A DNA stretch of 64,000 nucleotides from Cladosporium halotolerans (lineage: Eukaryota), in assembly GCF_011745625.1 (NCBI RefSeq), contig NW_027191465.1:186001-250000 (forward strand). Direction: 5' to 3'. Position numbers and translations under genes: made by a program. Under the pieces are notes generated by a model. It did no database searches, had not been told where the DNA came from, and saw only the letters and a list, made by a program, of their open reading frames with translations. Each line of letters begins with the position of its first letter. The first letter of the stretch is position 1. Positions 1 through 13,457 of this stretch are shown here, one piece after another.

Positions 1-682
1 TTGTCATTCAGCACTCCGTCCTGGTCCTTGTCACTCAGCCAGAAAACCCGCTTCAGAGCCTCGACTGCCGCGGGCTTCATATTGCCCTCTTTCGAGTCGT
101 AGATCGGCGCGATCGGATGTGTAACCGCTTTCTGGCAAAGAAAGAAGACCTCGTTGATATTGTGGTGCTCCATCGCGCTCGTCCGGATACACGAGTCGAT
201 TTCTTTAAACTCAGCCATAACAGGCAGCATCTCCTCTTCCACAACCTGCGCGGTACTGCTACCCACGGGCGCGAGATCACTCTTGTTCGCGCATAGAACC
301 ACTGGCACGTTCACACCAAGCGACCGGAAATAGGGCATCCAGAAAAGTGCGACGCGCTCATAGCTGTAATGGTCGCTGTACACCAAGAGGATGACGTTGC
401 ATTTGCGCACTTCCTTCTTGAGGTTTTCGCGCTCTTGCGGCACAGAGGCCGTGTCGACGATCGTTGTAGTGACATTCTCTGGCGTGCCTAGGCTAGGAGG
501 GAGAGTGATGGGCGGTAGGACTGGCTGGAGGGGCGTGGTGACGAAGTTGTCCTTAACCAGGCTGGTCAGGAGGGAGGACTTGCCCACCTGCTCGTCGCCG
601 CAGATGCATATTCGTACTGTGGAAGGCGTTAACGAATGTTTGCATGCGAGATCCCAGCGCAAAGCAACTCACCAGTGGCCAT
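1..682 (-). CDS. GEM1: Mitochondrial Rho GTPase (Miro), 5' part; gene runs off the left edge
   Basis: Manual translation: ATG at 682, 10-nt exon, intron 617-672 (GTGAGT..CAG), then [16 protein letters not shown] (P-loop), [24 protein letters not shown], and an EF-hand start ([12 protein letters not shown]). Missing from the ORF track. Confidence 0.93.
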
Positions 683-1203
683 GAGGAAGCTCGGTGGGTG
701 TCGGATGGACAGAAGCCGATCGACGGCAATGCGGGCGAGCTCGGCTGATGATTGTCGGACAGCGCGTTGGCCTGCACGTGGCTGGTTAAAGCTTAACCCT
801 GTCGTCCCCTTGCGTCGTCCATACTTTCGGGCGCGAGGGAGATACAGAAGCTCACGTGGTGCTGACGATTGCGAATGACCTATCCTTGCGACTCGATATC
901 GACCTGCCAAAGGCTGGGAGGCCCGAAGTCGCCCGCCCAGACACTCGCAAGATGCCGCCGCCCATCTCGCTTCCCCAGTTCTTTGGACCCCGCTTTGGGG
1001 AAGATGGCGCAGTCGACCTTGCCGTTCTCGCGCCGCATGCGACCAACCGACATAACTACCCTGTCTCTTTGACTACCGCCCGTCACCCATAGACGACCTC
1101 CGGTCAAATATACCCCTGCGCTTGGTATCGCACCGGGACATGCGCGACATCTCTTGAACAACAACACCATTCATCCGGCTGGAAAGCCGCCAGCTGAGCT
1201 GCC

Positions 1204-3230
1204 ATGTTGTAAGCTGCTCTGCCACCCCCAGTACCTGCATGCGCTGTTATCGGAATGCCGCTATCGCGACATCTTCAACCTTACCGCACGCTGACGATAA
1301 GCCCGCCTGGGCGTGTACCTACAGTGTCCTCCCACCTCCACCGCGCTATCCCAATGGCCAGCTCTACACCGGCATGCCGGGCGGCGCCCTGCTCGAGACC
1401 AACAACACGCTTGAGCATCCCACAGGGCCTGAGTACCAGCTCGTAGTCGGCGAAGGTACCTATGTCTTGCGCGATGATATGCACCTGGCTACGCCTCCAC
1501 CTCATCCGAGCGATGCGCCCCAGCCGAATAACAACCCGCTTGCGACGACTATCGGACCACCCACAGCCGGCACCAAGCTCTCGACTGTTGTCTTTGCGCC
1601 CAAGAAGCCTCCGCAGTCACAGAGCCTGTTCCGTACGACTACTACGCAGAGCACACGATCAAACTTTGCGAGCATACAGGAAGAGTCGCAAGGGCCGAAG
1701 AGCGACGCTGGTTCGACAAACGGATACGGCTCGAGGGCTACCTTCGGTGATGGAAACCCAGCACTGGCTCCCGTTGCGGTGAAAGGCAAGAAGAAGGACG
1801 AGCGACCAAAGCCGAAGAACAACATTGTCAAAAGCAACTCGTCATTCGTCTCACGAGTGATCCCGCACGAGTCTATGGCTAAGCGCTTGGGCGAGCATTC
1901 TCCGGATGGGATTTTTGCCTTTGCGAACGTCAACCGTGCTTTCATGTGGCTTGATTTGTCTTCACCGTCAGACATGAAGACGGAGAACATGACGAAAGTG
2001 CTCTTCACCAAAGCACACGCCATCTGTCATGACGTGAACACCTTCACACAATCAACCAGTCACTTGGACGTGATTCTTGGATTCAACACTGGCGATTTAA
2101 TCTGGTACGAGCCTGTGTCGCAAAAGTACGCTCGCTTGAACAAAAATGGCATGATCAACAACACAGCCGTCAACGCCGTCTGGTGGCTCCCTAACAAGGA
2201 GAACTACTTCCTCGCAGCGCACATGGACGGGTCTCTGATCGTATACGATAAAGAAAAAGAGGACGCCGAATTTACACCCGAAGAGTCCTCGCCATCGCCC
2301 ACAGAAAACGGCTACACATCCAACGGCAGCACCGACGCCGTGCCCCTCCCCCGGCAATCCCGCCTCAACATCAAAAAATCCGTGCAATCTCGCAATCAAA
2401 AAACGAACCCTATCAGCGTCTGGAAACTCTCGAACCAGAAAATTCACGGCGTGGCTTTCAGCCCCGACGGACGCCACCTCGCCGCCGTCGCCGAAGACGG
2501 CACCCTCACGATCATGGACTACCTGGCGGAGCGCGTCCTCGACGTGCACAGGTCCTACTTCGGCGCCTTCCTCTCCGTCACCTGGTCGCCCGACAGCCGC
2601 TACGTGCTGACCGGCGGCCAGGACGACCTGGTGTGCATCTGGAGCGTCGCGGACCACTCGCTCGTCGCGCGCTGCGTGGGGCACGAGAGCTGGGTCCGCG
2701 ACGTCAAGTTCGACCCCTGGCGCTGCGACGAGCGCAACTACCGCTTTGGCTCGGTGGGTGAGGACTGCCGACTGCTGCTCTGGGATTTCTCAGTGGGTAT
2801 GCTTGGTCGTCCGAAGATTGGCGCGCACAGAGGTAGTATTGGCAATGGCGCACCCGTGGCGCGCGAGAAGAGCCACTCGTTCAGTGCGGCGGGCAGGATG
2901 CGCAGCAAGAGCAATCTGTCCACGCAGCCGGACGACAGCCTTAATGGTGGGGAGGCAAATGGGGCGGCGCAGGGCGCGAGGGTACATGGCGTTGATTCGA
3001 AGGCGAGCACGGCGACGCTGCCGCCGGTTATGAACAAGGTTGTCGACTCGCATCCGTTGAGCTGGTTGGGCTTTCAGGAGAATTGTATCATCACTGCTTG
3101 CGATAATGGTGAGTGCTTTCCTGTTTACTGGGAGATCCTCCAGTCGATTTTGGGTTGTCTGCTAACTTCTTCCGCAGCACATGTCCGCGAGTGGGAACGG
3201 CCGAAGGAAGGCGCTGGTGAGGAGAACTGA
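1204..3230 (+). CDS. creC: WD40-repeat catabolite repression protein CreC (WDR20/DMWD-like)
   Basis: ATG TT, then intron 1209-1324, gives MFVLPPPPRYP. KPKNNIVKSNSSFVSR, WD repeats (SYFGAFLSVTWSPDSRYVLTGGQDDLV, GHESWVRDVKFDPW, YRFGSVGEDCRLLLWDF). Last intron 3109-3177. Confidence 0.9.
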
Positions 3231-5087
3231 GGGGTTGAACATAGCGTGTGGGTATCTTTGGAGTATCGCTCGACTTACCTAGCTTGTGAGGCGTGTGTAG
3301 ATATTGTTTGGATTAGCCATCAGCCTCATGGAAGGTGTAAGTAGAAGTAGAGCTTGGACAATTAATTTGACGCTGCGCCCTTCACGTTCATTGAGATGTA
3401 GTCTATAGAACGAGCATAGCAGAGTGTCGAACCAAGCCGATGTTCCCTGTTCACACATCAGTAGCATCTCACGGGTCTAACCCCCTTCAGCTACCGATAA
3501 ATAAGAGTCCTGGGATCGGCAGAACGACTCGCATTATCGTTCCTTCGTAACTCTTTCTCAGTCCAGCCAATTCTTCAATTGACGTAGCACTGTTACAGGC
3601 TGCGACCAACAATTTGGTAACGTCGTAACCAGGGAGGGACTAATTTTTTTTACGAGCCATTTCGTGGGACGGCGATCGCGTGCTTCTTACAACAACGAAG
3701 CACTAGCCACGTGCCGATCGCATCACACCATGGCCGCCTCCCAAGAAAACGAAAAAGCGATCGACCGGGATCTCCATGAGATGGCGAGAGCGTGGCCTGC
3801 CTACATCATCCCGGGAGTCCAGATGCAGCACCACCGCCTGAGCGATCATCATCCCGCACGCACGAACGCAGTGCAACCTTCCAAATCCAACCCGCCGGGC
3901 CTCACGAGAGCGACAACCCCTATCGTAGCGTCGGCTCTCGAACCAGACAGATCGCACGCAGCCCGACCCTCTCTGTTCCTCGACCCTGGTCAGACACGCG
4001 CGCGGGGATGATGTTCGCTCTCGCTGCTTCGCCGGCGAGGAACATGAAGATCTCCATTGGCGGACTGCCCGTTTCACGCTTGCTGGCGACCCCGCTTGGC
4101 GTTGTCCAGGGGAGGCCGGCTGTCTGAGACAAGCCTCACGACTTCCTTCGAGCGTGGCAGTGCCGGTGGAGTACGCTGGCGGTAACAGTGGTTCGAGGTT
4201 GGGCAAGTATTGCATAGGAGGATTTCTAGTGAACGGCCACGGGAGCTGGTATGCGGAGTCACTGTGGATGGTGATATTCAGGCACGAGAATGCAAATCCG
4301 GAGAATGCCTGCATGCTGTGCCCTCTCCAAAACCCCTGGGCCGACCGCACGTTGCGCGACATGGCCACGAGGGCGTCATGCCGTCGTCCGCATGGGGCCG
4401 CGAGCAAGCGCCCGAGCCGTTTCAAGTGGCTGCCGTTCGAAGTCCGTTGTGTTCGTCACGGCTATGGCTGACCCGCTCCCAGCTCCGGACATGCAAGAGT
4501 CTTCGCTACCGGCATGCACACGGCGTGCTGCATGCAACCGATGATAGACCAAAAAATTGCAGTCGATGGTCGTCTGTTTACTGGAATCTATATATCTATG
4601 ATCCATGTCGCCCATCGACTGATCGCAGTCGCACGGCGAAATTGCTAGGAGCAGTTCCTGGCGGATGTTTCAGCCACCCAGTAAGAAGTCCCGATCGCCC
4701 CAGTCTGCACCTTTCATCTCTCCGCGGGCTCGTGCCTCTCTCCCAGACTGGCCTGGGCCAACTAGGCCGCGTGCAAATGACAGTGCGACGGCCGGCGGGT
4801 AGGTGAGTTGAGCCAGCCTCAAACCCGGCCCTGCCTATTCTAGGTCGGTCCTGCTGCTCTGTGCCAGCGCCCTACTCCAGAGCCGGCTCGCTTGATATGA
4901 GACCTCCAGCCGGCTTGTTTCTTCTCGACCTACTCGCTCTCCCTACTGCCAGTCTTGCTAGCCCGATTTCCGGCCTCTTCAGGCATTGTCACTCTTTTGT
5001 TAACATATAGACGCTGGGCACGTCATATCGCACGGCAGGGCCATTTACTTTCTTCCATCCTCACGCTCCCTATTTCTCGATCTCAAC

Positions 5088-6179
5088 ATGCTGGCTCATA
5101 CAATCCTCGCCCTTGGCGCTCTTGCGGTATCTTCGGTCTCAGCGCAATCTCAAAGCATCTGTCAGGCTTCCCCTATCCGCGGCTTGGGCTGTCTGGCCTC
5201 GAACACTGCCGCTGCCAGCGAGTGTTCGTCCCGTCTCCCTGCGGTCACTTCGACGACCACCAGCACCACCTCAGTCATTTCAGAGATTACCGAGTCCCCG
5301 CGTGCGAAGAGCGTCGTGGAATCACAAGTGACTGTGAACGTCACCAACTTTGAGACTTCCACGGAGACCGTGACCTGGTAGGCATTGTAGCATCCATTCT
5401 TTCTGTTCGCTGCTAATGATTTCCGAAGCTCTGCGACCGCGACTTCATACGCTACGGCCATCGCAACAACATGTCTCAGCTCGACCATCACCACCTACAC
5501 CGACCCTGCGCCGACCGGCCAGCGCCAAAAGAGGCAGGCACAAAGCTCAGCCTGCGTCTCTTCCGGACTTGAAGCTCTGTCAGCCTTGAACAACGAGACT
5601 CTGGGCAATGCTTGCTCCTGCTTGAACATCCCTGCCTCCACCACCATCTCGACTGTCTACGTCACAAACTTGATCAAAGCCACCACCACCTCCTTCCAAG
5701 GCCTGGCCCCGACCGTCACCGCCCAGTTCATCGACCGCCTCACGATCACCGAAACCATCACTCCCCCGGCAGCCGTCATCACAGTCAGCAGCACCAAGAC
5801 GCGCACGGAAACCTCCACGGTCTCCCTCGCCGCGCCCACCTACGCGCAGATCTTCGGCCCCGAAGCCGGCTGCTCCAACATGATGGCCGGCAAAGCCGAG
5901 GCGCTCGACGCCTCCATCACCGAAGACTGCGAAGCCGACAAAGCCTGCAAGGAGATCTGCTCACAGGAGCCGACTTGCAAGTTCCTCTACGTCCAGCGCC
6001 TCTTCCCGGACTACGGCGGCGCCTCGCCCTACTACCAGTGCTACATGAACGCCCAGGCGTTCGACGAGAAGCGCGATCTGCAGTGCGGGAGGCAGGAGGG
6101 CATTTGGGGTAACGCGAGGGGTTTCGACGCGTGCGGCAGGGGCACGTCCGCGGCGGCGACCGCGGCGCCGAGTGCGTGA
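5088..6179 (+). CDS. Secreted Thr-rich, Cys-containing protein with a possible C-terminal PAN/apple-like domain
   Basis: Signal peptide MLAHTILALGALAVSSVSAQ. Intron 5378-5428 joins the 5088 and 5586 ORFs in frame. QKR site, NACSCL motif, C-terminal C-x3-C-x5-C pattern (CKEICSQEPTC). Confidence 0.75.
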
Positions 6180-6753
6180 GCGCGAGTTTTTCCTTCCCTT
6201 CGATTTCCATTCTTCCTCGATAACGAGTGCCGCAAAAGGAGGACTCTGGCTGTTGACAGAAAGCCGGCTCCTCTCCTGCAGGCTTTTACGATGTGGACTC
6301 TAATGATGCATCTTTTCGATTCTTTGTAGCGTGGAGCGATTTATTAATGAGACTATGTTTGGTGAATATCAATGATGCTCTTTGGTGTCCAGAACTGTCT
6401 ATCTCTCACATCATACACGTGCCTCGTAAATTCGACCCCCTGCCCATGTGTTCTGTCATCTTTAGTATGACCACCTATTTAGAGACCAGATCGTTCGCCG
6501 CCATAGCTTTGGGAAAATTGAATCATAATTAGAAGTTCCATCGTCCTCTTGTTCCTCATTTGGGGGGCACTGATCGGACAGGTTACGTCAAGGTCAATCC
6601 TACGCCAAGTTGAAGATGCGTTCGGCTGCCGCCTATCCGAAACTCCGTCGTCGTTAGCAAAGGGCGACAAATCGAGCACCTACAACGTACTTTGGGTGTC
6701 TGACAGCTGCTTGTTTTGTGGTTTATTACGACGCGTCAGTCTTGAGCGACATT

Positions 6754-7347
6754 ATGCTCTCTCATAGCAGCACGCCCGGGACATTGAATAACTCTGGAAA
6801 TCCTGAACAAGCAAATCAGCACGACTCACCGGCTTCAGCCATCACTCAATCTTACCACAACAATACACCCGGGACATTGAATAAATCCAAAGATCCTCAG
6901 CAAGCAGTGACGCCAGACCCCCAGACTAGCACACGGCCCTTATACTGGAGAGAGCTCCTACCCGTTTTCTTCTTCTGCGGCCTTCTCGCCCAAATACCGC
7001 AGCATCTGACAAGGTACACTTCCTTCACGACAGTCACGAACCTGTATATTTACACGATCATATGGCTGGCCACGTGTCTAATCAGCCTGCGCCTCCTCGT
7101 CGCCACCGGACCTTTGGCGATTGCATCTCACGGCTGGTTTCGGAATTTCTTCATACTCCGGGAGCTTTACGGCTGCCTTGGAGACGGAGGGTGTTGTGAG
7201 AAGGTAGAAGTCGGCGATTTGGTTGGTGCAGGGGCATTCACGATCGTCGCGGCTGTTGTGAGCTACTACTGTAGCACGAGATTGTGTCGCTGGCCTATGG
7301 AGGAGAACAAGTCGTGCGACCAACTGAACGAGCTTGAGAAAGCTTGA
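6754..7347 (+). CDS. Hypothetical small membrane protein with a duplicated N-terminal motif
   Basis: 197-codon ORF from ATG 6754 with about 3 hydrophobic segments; TPGTLN motif occurs twice. Confidence 0.5.
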   Translation: MLSHSSTPGTLNNSGNPEQANQHDSPASAITQSYHNNTPGTLNKSKDPQQAVTPDPQTSTRPLYWRELLPVFFFCGLLAQIPQHLTRYTSFTTVTNLYIYTIIWLATCLISLRLLVATGPLAIASHGWFRNFFILRELYGCLGDGGCCEKVEVGDLVGAGAFTIVAAVVSYYCSTRLCRWPMEENKSCDQLNELEKA

Positions 7348-7573
7348 GGTCGTGGATGCAGCTTCAGACTATGATCTGTCCAGTCCGTAGATTTATTGAA
7401 ACGCTGTTGGTCCAGTCGAAGTTCATTTCGCCATCACGTGAAGCAGTTCGTTTGATCGATGCAACCAAATGAAATTGATGCGGTATCCCATTGCTCCATC
7501 CATGCCCTTGAGTATAGCGCCCAGATGCTTCCGTCCTGTAGTACAATATAATACAACTCTTCCTGCTCCACCA

Positions 7574-8332
7574 CTATTTGATTTTCTTCGCCTTGAGCTT
7601 GATCGTCTCCCCGTTCACAAAGATACCCTTGCCCTTGTAAGGCTCTGGTCGTCTCCACTCCCTAATTTCTGCCGCAAACTGCATGACAACCTCCTTCTCT
7701 GGGCCCTCCAGTAACAACCGTGTCGGCTGAGGGGTGCTTGCCTTCACGCCTTTGGGAATCCCCAGCTCAATGGGATGTGAGTATCCGACCTTCAGCGACA
7801 CGAATTGCTGACCCTCGTACTCCGGGCTCTTCGTCACTGCGCTCTTCTCGACCGTCGCACGGTAACCCACACCCACAAGCCTAAGAATAGCAGCGTGTCC
7901 TTCACTCACTCCCAGAATGTGATTTGCAAGGTATGCTCTGACGGTTCCTAAACAAATATCAGCGCACTGTCTCACTCCAGCGCACACATCACGTGCATAT
8001 CACTCACCCCACATCTCCCTCTGCTTCCTGTCATTTGCGTCCAGAATGCTCAGAGTCTGTGTCCTGTTCTCGCTGTTCTCGGAAATGCTCATGTACGCCG
8101 GAATATTCATCTTCATGGTGCCCAGAGGTCCTGTGATCTCAACCGTCCTGCCAAGCTCATCTTTGCTGACGCCCTTTCCTGCGTTGACTGCTGTAGGTGC
8201 GAGTATGTTGAATTTGACCTCAGGAGGTAATGAGAGCGGCGCGCCGCCGACTTTCGAGCGGCATAGTCTGGTCGTGGAGAATGATCGTATGCATTGCCTG
8301 GCAGCGCTGACTGAGGGGCCCGAGGCGAACAT
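7574..8332 (-). CDS. MRPL6: Mitochondrial ribosomal protein uL6m
   Basis: Presequence (RSFSTTR), SKVGGAP, GTVRAYLANHILGVSEG, LVGVGYRA, LKVGYSHP, WRRPEPYKGKGI. One intron at about 7948-8007. Confidence 0.95.
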
Positions 8333-8886
8333 GCTGCTGCCTGGCGAGTGAAGGATAGAGTGGTGAAACAATTGGTTGGTTGATAGTCGCAAGCAGCGCA
8401 TGTGAGCTTCGTCAAAAGTCGGCCTCGATTGAGATGGCCGTCGGAGCGCGGAATTCCGCCCGCGCCTGCACTCCTAGGCGTAGACGCGAACTTCACCACC
8501 TCCATCGTCCATCAGTCCGCCTCCGCCACTTTCACGCGACGCGCATCCCACATGTTGAGAGCCGTTCGTCTGAGTACAACTGATGGCATCACACGTGCTG
8601 GAATACTAGGCAACAACTCTCGAATCTCGAAGTGAGCCGTACTTATCTACCACGCACATGTCCATGTGCTTGCACCTTTGCTCGTGAAACACCTGCTCGT
8701 CTTGCACATATAAAGCCGTCTCCTCCCCCGAGATGGGCCTGTACTCGTAGTCCACTACACCAGCTTTCCACCTTCGACACACTCCTAACAACTGCCGTCT
8801 CTCGAGCGATATCGACCAATCTGCATCTATAACACCTTCATTCAACATTGATCGTGTACCCCTCTCAACTTTGAGCAGACATCACG

Positions 8887-10665
8887 ATGTTGTCGCTCAA
8901 GCTGCTACCCATCCTGGCTTTTGCCTTCCTTCTATCCCTCAATCGTCCGGCTCAGGCAGTCAACAGTGATGTTCATAAAGGTAGGGTTCAATCCAGCTTC
9001 CCCAAATTCGTAAGCTAATTGATATCAACAGACCTAGACTCTACAGCCAACTCCCTCGAATGCTCCTCCCAGGCCAAATCCATCAAGTGCTTCGAAACGC
9101 TCCCGACCTGCCAAGAGATGGCGACTTCCGCTCTGACCGACTCCTGCGCCGGCATCGACGGCAATTCCCAGTCCGGCCCCAACGATCTCGAAAATCAGAA
9201 GACCCTCTACGCAGCCCGGCTCGCCGTCTGCGAACTCTACGAATCCCAAGTCCCTATTCCAACAGGATGCGAGCACTTCGTACCTTCCAAGGAGAACTCC
9301 GACAAGCAGGGCCACATGACGACTTCTGGCGGCGAGCAGACCAGCAAGATGAAAGTCGGCTACCCTATCTACGAGGATTACACGGAGAGGGATCTTGGTG
9401 CGTGTCTCGTTGGACTTCAGACTGACGGCAGATCCTGGACGAGCTACTCGAATGCGAGGCAGAACGCTGTCACGTTGTGCCAGGCTGCTCGTGTTGGAGT
9501 TGAGAAGAGCGAGATCCTGAATATCTATCGTATCATGACTGATTCCACTCTGGACAATCTTGAGCTCTCGCAAAAGCTCAACGACGCTTTGCGCGAAGCT
9601 CTCAAGAATCACCATGATGAGCGTGAGAACGTGGTGCAATTTTGGCACGATCTCCACGAAAGCGGCACTGCGGAGCTAGCAAGGGTCCGGGAGGCTTGGA
9701 ACGCCATCATGGAAGACATGCAGAAAATTGCTGCTAACCATGCCAATTCATTGATAAAAAAGGCGGAAAGGGCTGGAGCTCGGATCGATAACCTCAAAGA
9801 CCAGGTGGAGGGCGCGAACACAGCTTTGGATCAGATGACTGATCACCAAAAAGCACTGGTTGCCTCAGCTTCAGCCCAACTGGAGATTCTCCAACAGCAA
9901 ACGGCGTACAGCGTCGAAGTGGTAGCCCAGCATGCTATTCAGCTTGCCTACAACTTGACTGGAAATCTTGAGCAATCAGCGAAGATGGGCAGCATCCTGT
10001 CGAACGGCATGCAGGAGTTGGGCATGGTGAATATCGCTCTGAATCAACAAGCTGTCGGCATTCTTTCAGTCCTCAACCTCTCTCAATCCACGGTGGAAGA
10101 GATTCACGAGAAGTATTTGCATCTGAACTCTTCGATCGACGAGTCCCTGAAATCGATGTCACATCTCAAAAAGTTGATTGACGGAGTATCGAAAAGCGTA
10201 GCGGCGATTACTGGCCTCTTCTCTACCGTCGGCTATATTCCCTGGCTCGCCATGATTCTGGTCGTTTTGCTCCGGATTCTGGCTCTTCCAAACGGCCTGC
10301 CCCTTCTCCATGCATTCGCCGGACTCGTCCGCTACGTCGTTGCTCACATGGGCTGCTACATTCTGATGTTGCTTGCGATCCTGATGATCGCTTACCACTT
10401 GATCTTCGTCGAGTCATTGCGGGACCTGACTCAGCGCTGGATGGAAGGCGGCGTCTCTCGCATCGAGGCGGCTGGCCTGGTTTCTGGCGCCATGGTTCTA
10501 GTCTTCCTGCTCTCCTCTCTCGCCATTCGCTGCTTCCGCGGAGGCAACGTCGATGAAGTCGAAGACGAAAAAGAGGATGTGGACGAGAAGCCGACAAATC
10601 CTAAGCGTGCTCACTTCTGGTTCAACGACCCAAAGAAATATGAGCACAAGAAGTGGCTCGTCTGA
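8887..10665 (+). CDS. KAR5: Nuclear membrane fusion (karyogamy) protein, Kar5/Tht1 family
   Basis: Signal-like N-terminus from ATG 8887, intron about 8980-9031, Cys-rich domain (YAARLAVCEL..C..CL....SWTSYSNARQNAVTLC), long coiled-coil region, C-terminal TM helices. Confidence 0.82.
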
Positions 10666-11187
10666 AGTAAGCAATCAAGCTTTCAGATCAGCTTCCCGAG
10701 CTTCTGTCCAATGAAGCGCTTCGATCTTCCGGCATCTAGCCTGAGCATTCTCGGCTGGCAACAGATACTGGCCAACACATCATTTTCCACTATCAAACAA
10801 GGGAAGCCTTCGAGAGGCTACGAATATCATTACGAATCATGCTGACGGAAAGTGGCCGTCGCAGCTGTCTTCACAACAAGTGACAGACAGGACCTATCCT
10901 GACGAGGCCAAAGGCTCACAACCGAGGCGTAGCTGAATGAAGGCATCGATATCAAACTCAAGTTTTCAGAGATAGCTCTAAGCAAATAGCTGGTCTTCAT
11001 ACAACCGTGACAAGTAATCACCAAATGATCCAACAAACCGTAAACCCTTAAACAAAACATTCATCCACAAAGAGTAACAGTCCGTCCTGAGTGGGGTATA
11101 AAAAACGTCATCCGCGAAACACCGTTCAAAACACCCTGCACACTAAACCCCTAAGCACATAACAAATCGATCTCGCCACCTCTGTCC

Positions 11188-13457
11188 CTACCAACTGGTG
11201 AAATTTCCATTCTGAGCATTCTGCGCTCCAAACGGGAAAGTTTGCCCCTGCACGCCGGCCATCATGTCGCCGGTGTCCGCGTAGTCGTTCATGATCTGCT
11301 CCCAATCTACCCAAGTCGGGTCTGTAGCTAGGTTGTCTAGATTTCCGAGCCCGGCAGAGAAATCTTGAGTTGTGTTTAGCGTGCCGTTGCCGAGCGACAT
11401 GTCCTCCATTGGGAGGCTGGCTGCGGCCGGGAGGCCGAAGTTGTAGTTTGGGAAGGTCGGGGCGAAAGTGGTCGAAGTCGGTTGGAAGGCGTCTGTGGTT
11501 GGGGCGAGGATGTTGGGTACTGCTAGGGCATCGTCGAAAGCCGGTGGCGCAGTGGTGGTGTCGAGAGTGGGAGCTTGTTGGGTTTCTGGTTGTGCCGCAG
11601 GCATTGGTTTGGGCGCTGCGTTCCTGAAAGCGGCGGCTTTCTTGTAGAGCTTTTCGACTGGCTTCCAGAGCATGCCATTCTTGCTGTCGGCGACGTAATT
11701 AGCGGAGCGTTCGTATTGGCGCTCGACGAGGTACCACGTTTCCTCAGCGAGAGGCGTGCCGCGGATCGAAGAAAGTCCTGCGAGAGCCACGGCGAGAGCG
11801 TGCCATTGGACCCAGATTTGCCACTTCCACCTGTCAGCTTCTTTAGTGTTGTAGATCATCTCAGAGCTGCGCAGATTTTCCATGGCCATTCGCAGGACGT
11901 ACGGCGAGTCCACTCGCGGAGGCGTGGAGACGTGGCGTTGCATAGGTCGGATGGCGCGAAGGACCATGGATGCCTTCATCGACTCGCCGACTGCTCGACG
12001 GAAAGCGTCGAAGGGCGTTCCTGCGCTGAAGTACTGCATGTACTGTGTATCCGCGCGGGTGCCAAAGTCCAGCGCAAGCTTGTGCCGCTTCTCCCACACC
12101 TCGCCGCCAGGATGGAGTTCTGGCATGAGCAAAGTTTCAATGGCCTTGCATGCATCAAAACACATGTTGACAAAGCTCATATCAGTGTCGCAGCCTTCGA
12201 GCACCGGGATGTCTGTCGAATGCTCGTCGAATAAGTCGTCATTTGTGAGCGTTGGAAGGGAAACTGTGTAAGAGTCCGAGCTGATGAGTAATTCAGAGCC
12301 TCTGTCGATTGAGCTGAAGACGTCCAAATAGCGAATACGCCACCACATTCGCCGGCGGAGCTCGATCTGGAAAGGGGTGTAATATGTACAGTATTTCGAG
12401 ACCGCTCGTTGCAAATTCATAGCGGTGGCAATTCGTACAAGCACTGCCATAAGAGTCCACATGCGCCGAGTGGTATCACTAGTTCTCGAAGCGGTCTATT
12501 AGAGAGGTCAGAAAAGTACGACATGAAAGAGAAGATCGAAAAGCTTACGAGGTAAGTGACAAAGGCTTGGAGCGTTGCGAAGTCGGTAGTGTTCACCAAG
12601 TCTGCCTGAGCAAGCGAAATTCCGACGAGGCGTTTGTAGTGGTTTAGACAATCTGTCTTCGCCTGGCCGGTGATCTGAAGGCATTCCTGCTCTGAAAGCG
12701 AGTTCACGCCCGCAAACCACACAGCGCGCTTAAGTGCTTGATTCCCCGCGGTGTCCCACGGCTGTCCAAGGTAAGAGGAGCCATCGCGCATGAATGAAGT
12801 CAAGGTCGGCGTATGGAATAATCTGAAGATCGGCTCAACGTTGGTGAGGTAGGCTTCCAGGATCTGGTTCGCCACCTGCCCCGTGGGTTCCATCATGCCT
12901 CCAGGCATCACATAGATCCGCCCTGGAGGGCAGACAATCAAGTCATATTCGATGTTCAGTTCCGAAGCCGTCTGAGGGAGTGTATCGGGCGGCCCAGACT
13001 CTGGCGTATCTCCTTCAGGCTCGTCTTCTTCCAGTGCATCTCGAAGCGCTTGTACCTCGCTCGTCAGTGAAGACCAGAAAGGACTCGCCACATATTTGCG
13101 CATAGATGGGACCGCCTCTGAACCATACTTCTTCGGCGGAGGATTTGAGTCCGTGCCAGTCGATTCTGATTCTCCGGAAGGATGCACAGAGCCAACGTCA
13201 CCACTGAGACTCTCCACCAGGCTTTCAAGCTTGGAGATCCTATTCTTGAGTTCGCTGTCGACGCCACGTTTACCAGCGTGCCGCGCTCTCTGCTTGCGCG
13301 TACTTGGATTGCAGTGCAAATTGGACCTGGTGCATTGCCCGCAAGGATATGTGCGGTCGCATTTGATCTTCTTGCGCTGACAGGCCTGGCATGCTAGCCG
13401 TCCGACATGATGCTCGCTGCCTGTCGGCGAGCGCTTTTCTTCTACTGCATCTTCCAT
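11188..13457 (-). CDS. Zn(II)2Cys6 transcription factor with fungal-specific TF (MHR) domain
   Basis: ACQACQRKKIKCDRTYPCGQCTRSNLHC. Intron 12496-12548 joins two ORFs. ELRRRMWW motif. Confidence 0.93.

Noticed and set aside
3300..5050. Several 100-240-aa ORFs between creC and the secreted protein
   Set aside because: They overlap in all frames and show no coding bias or motifs; most likely intergenic.
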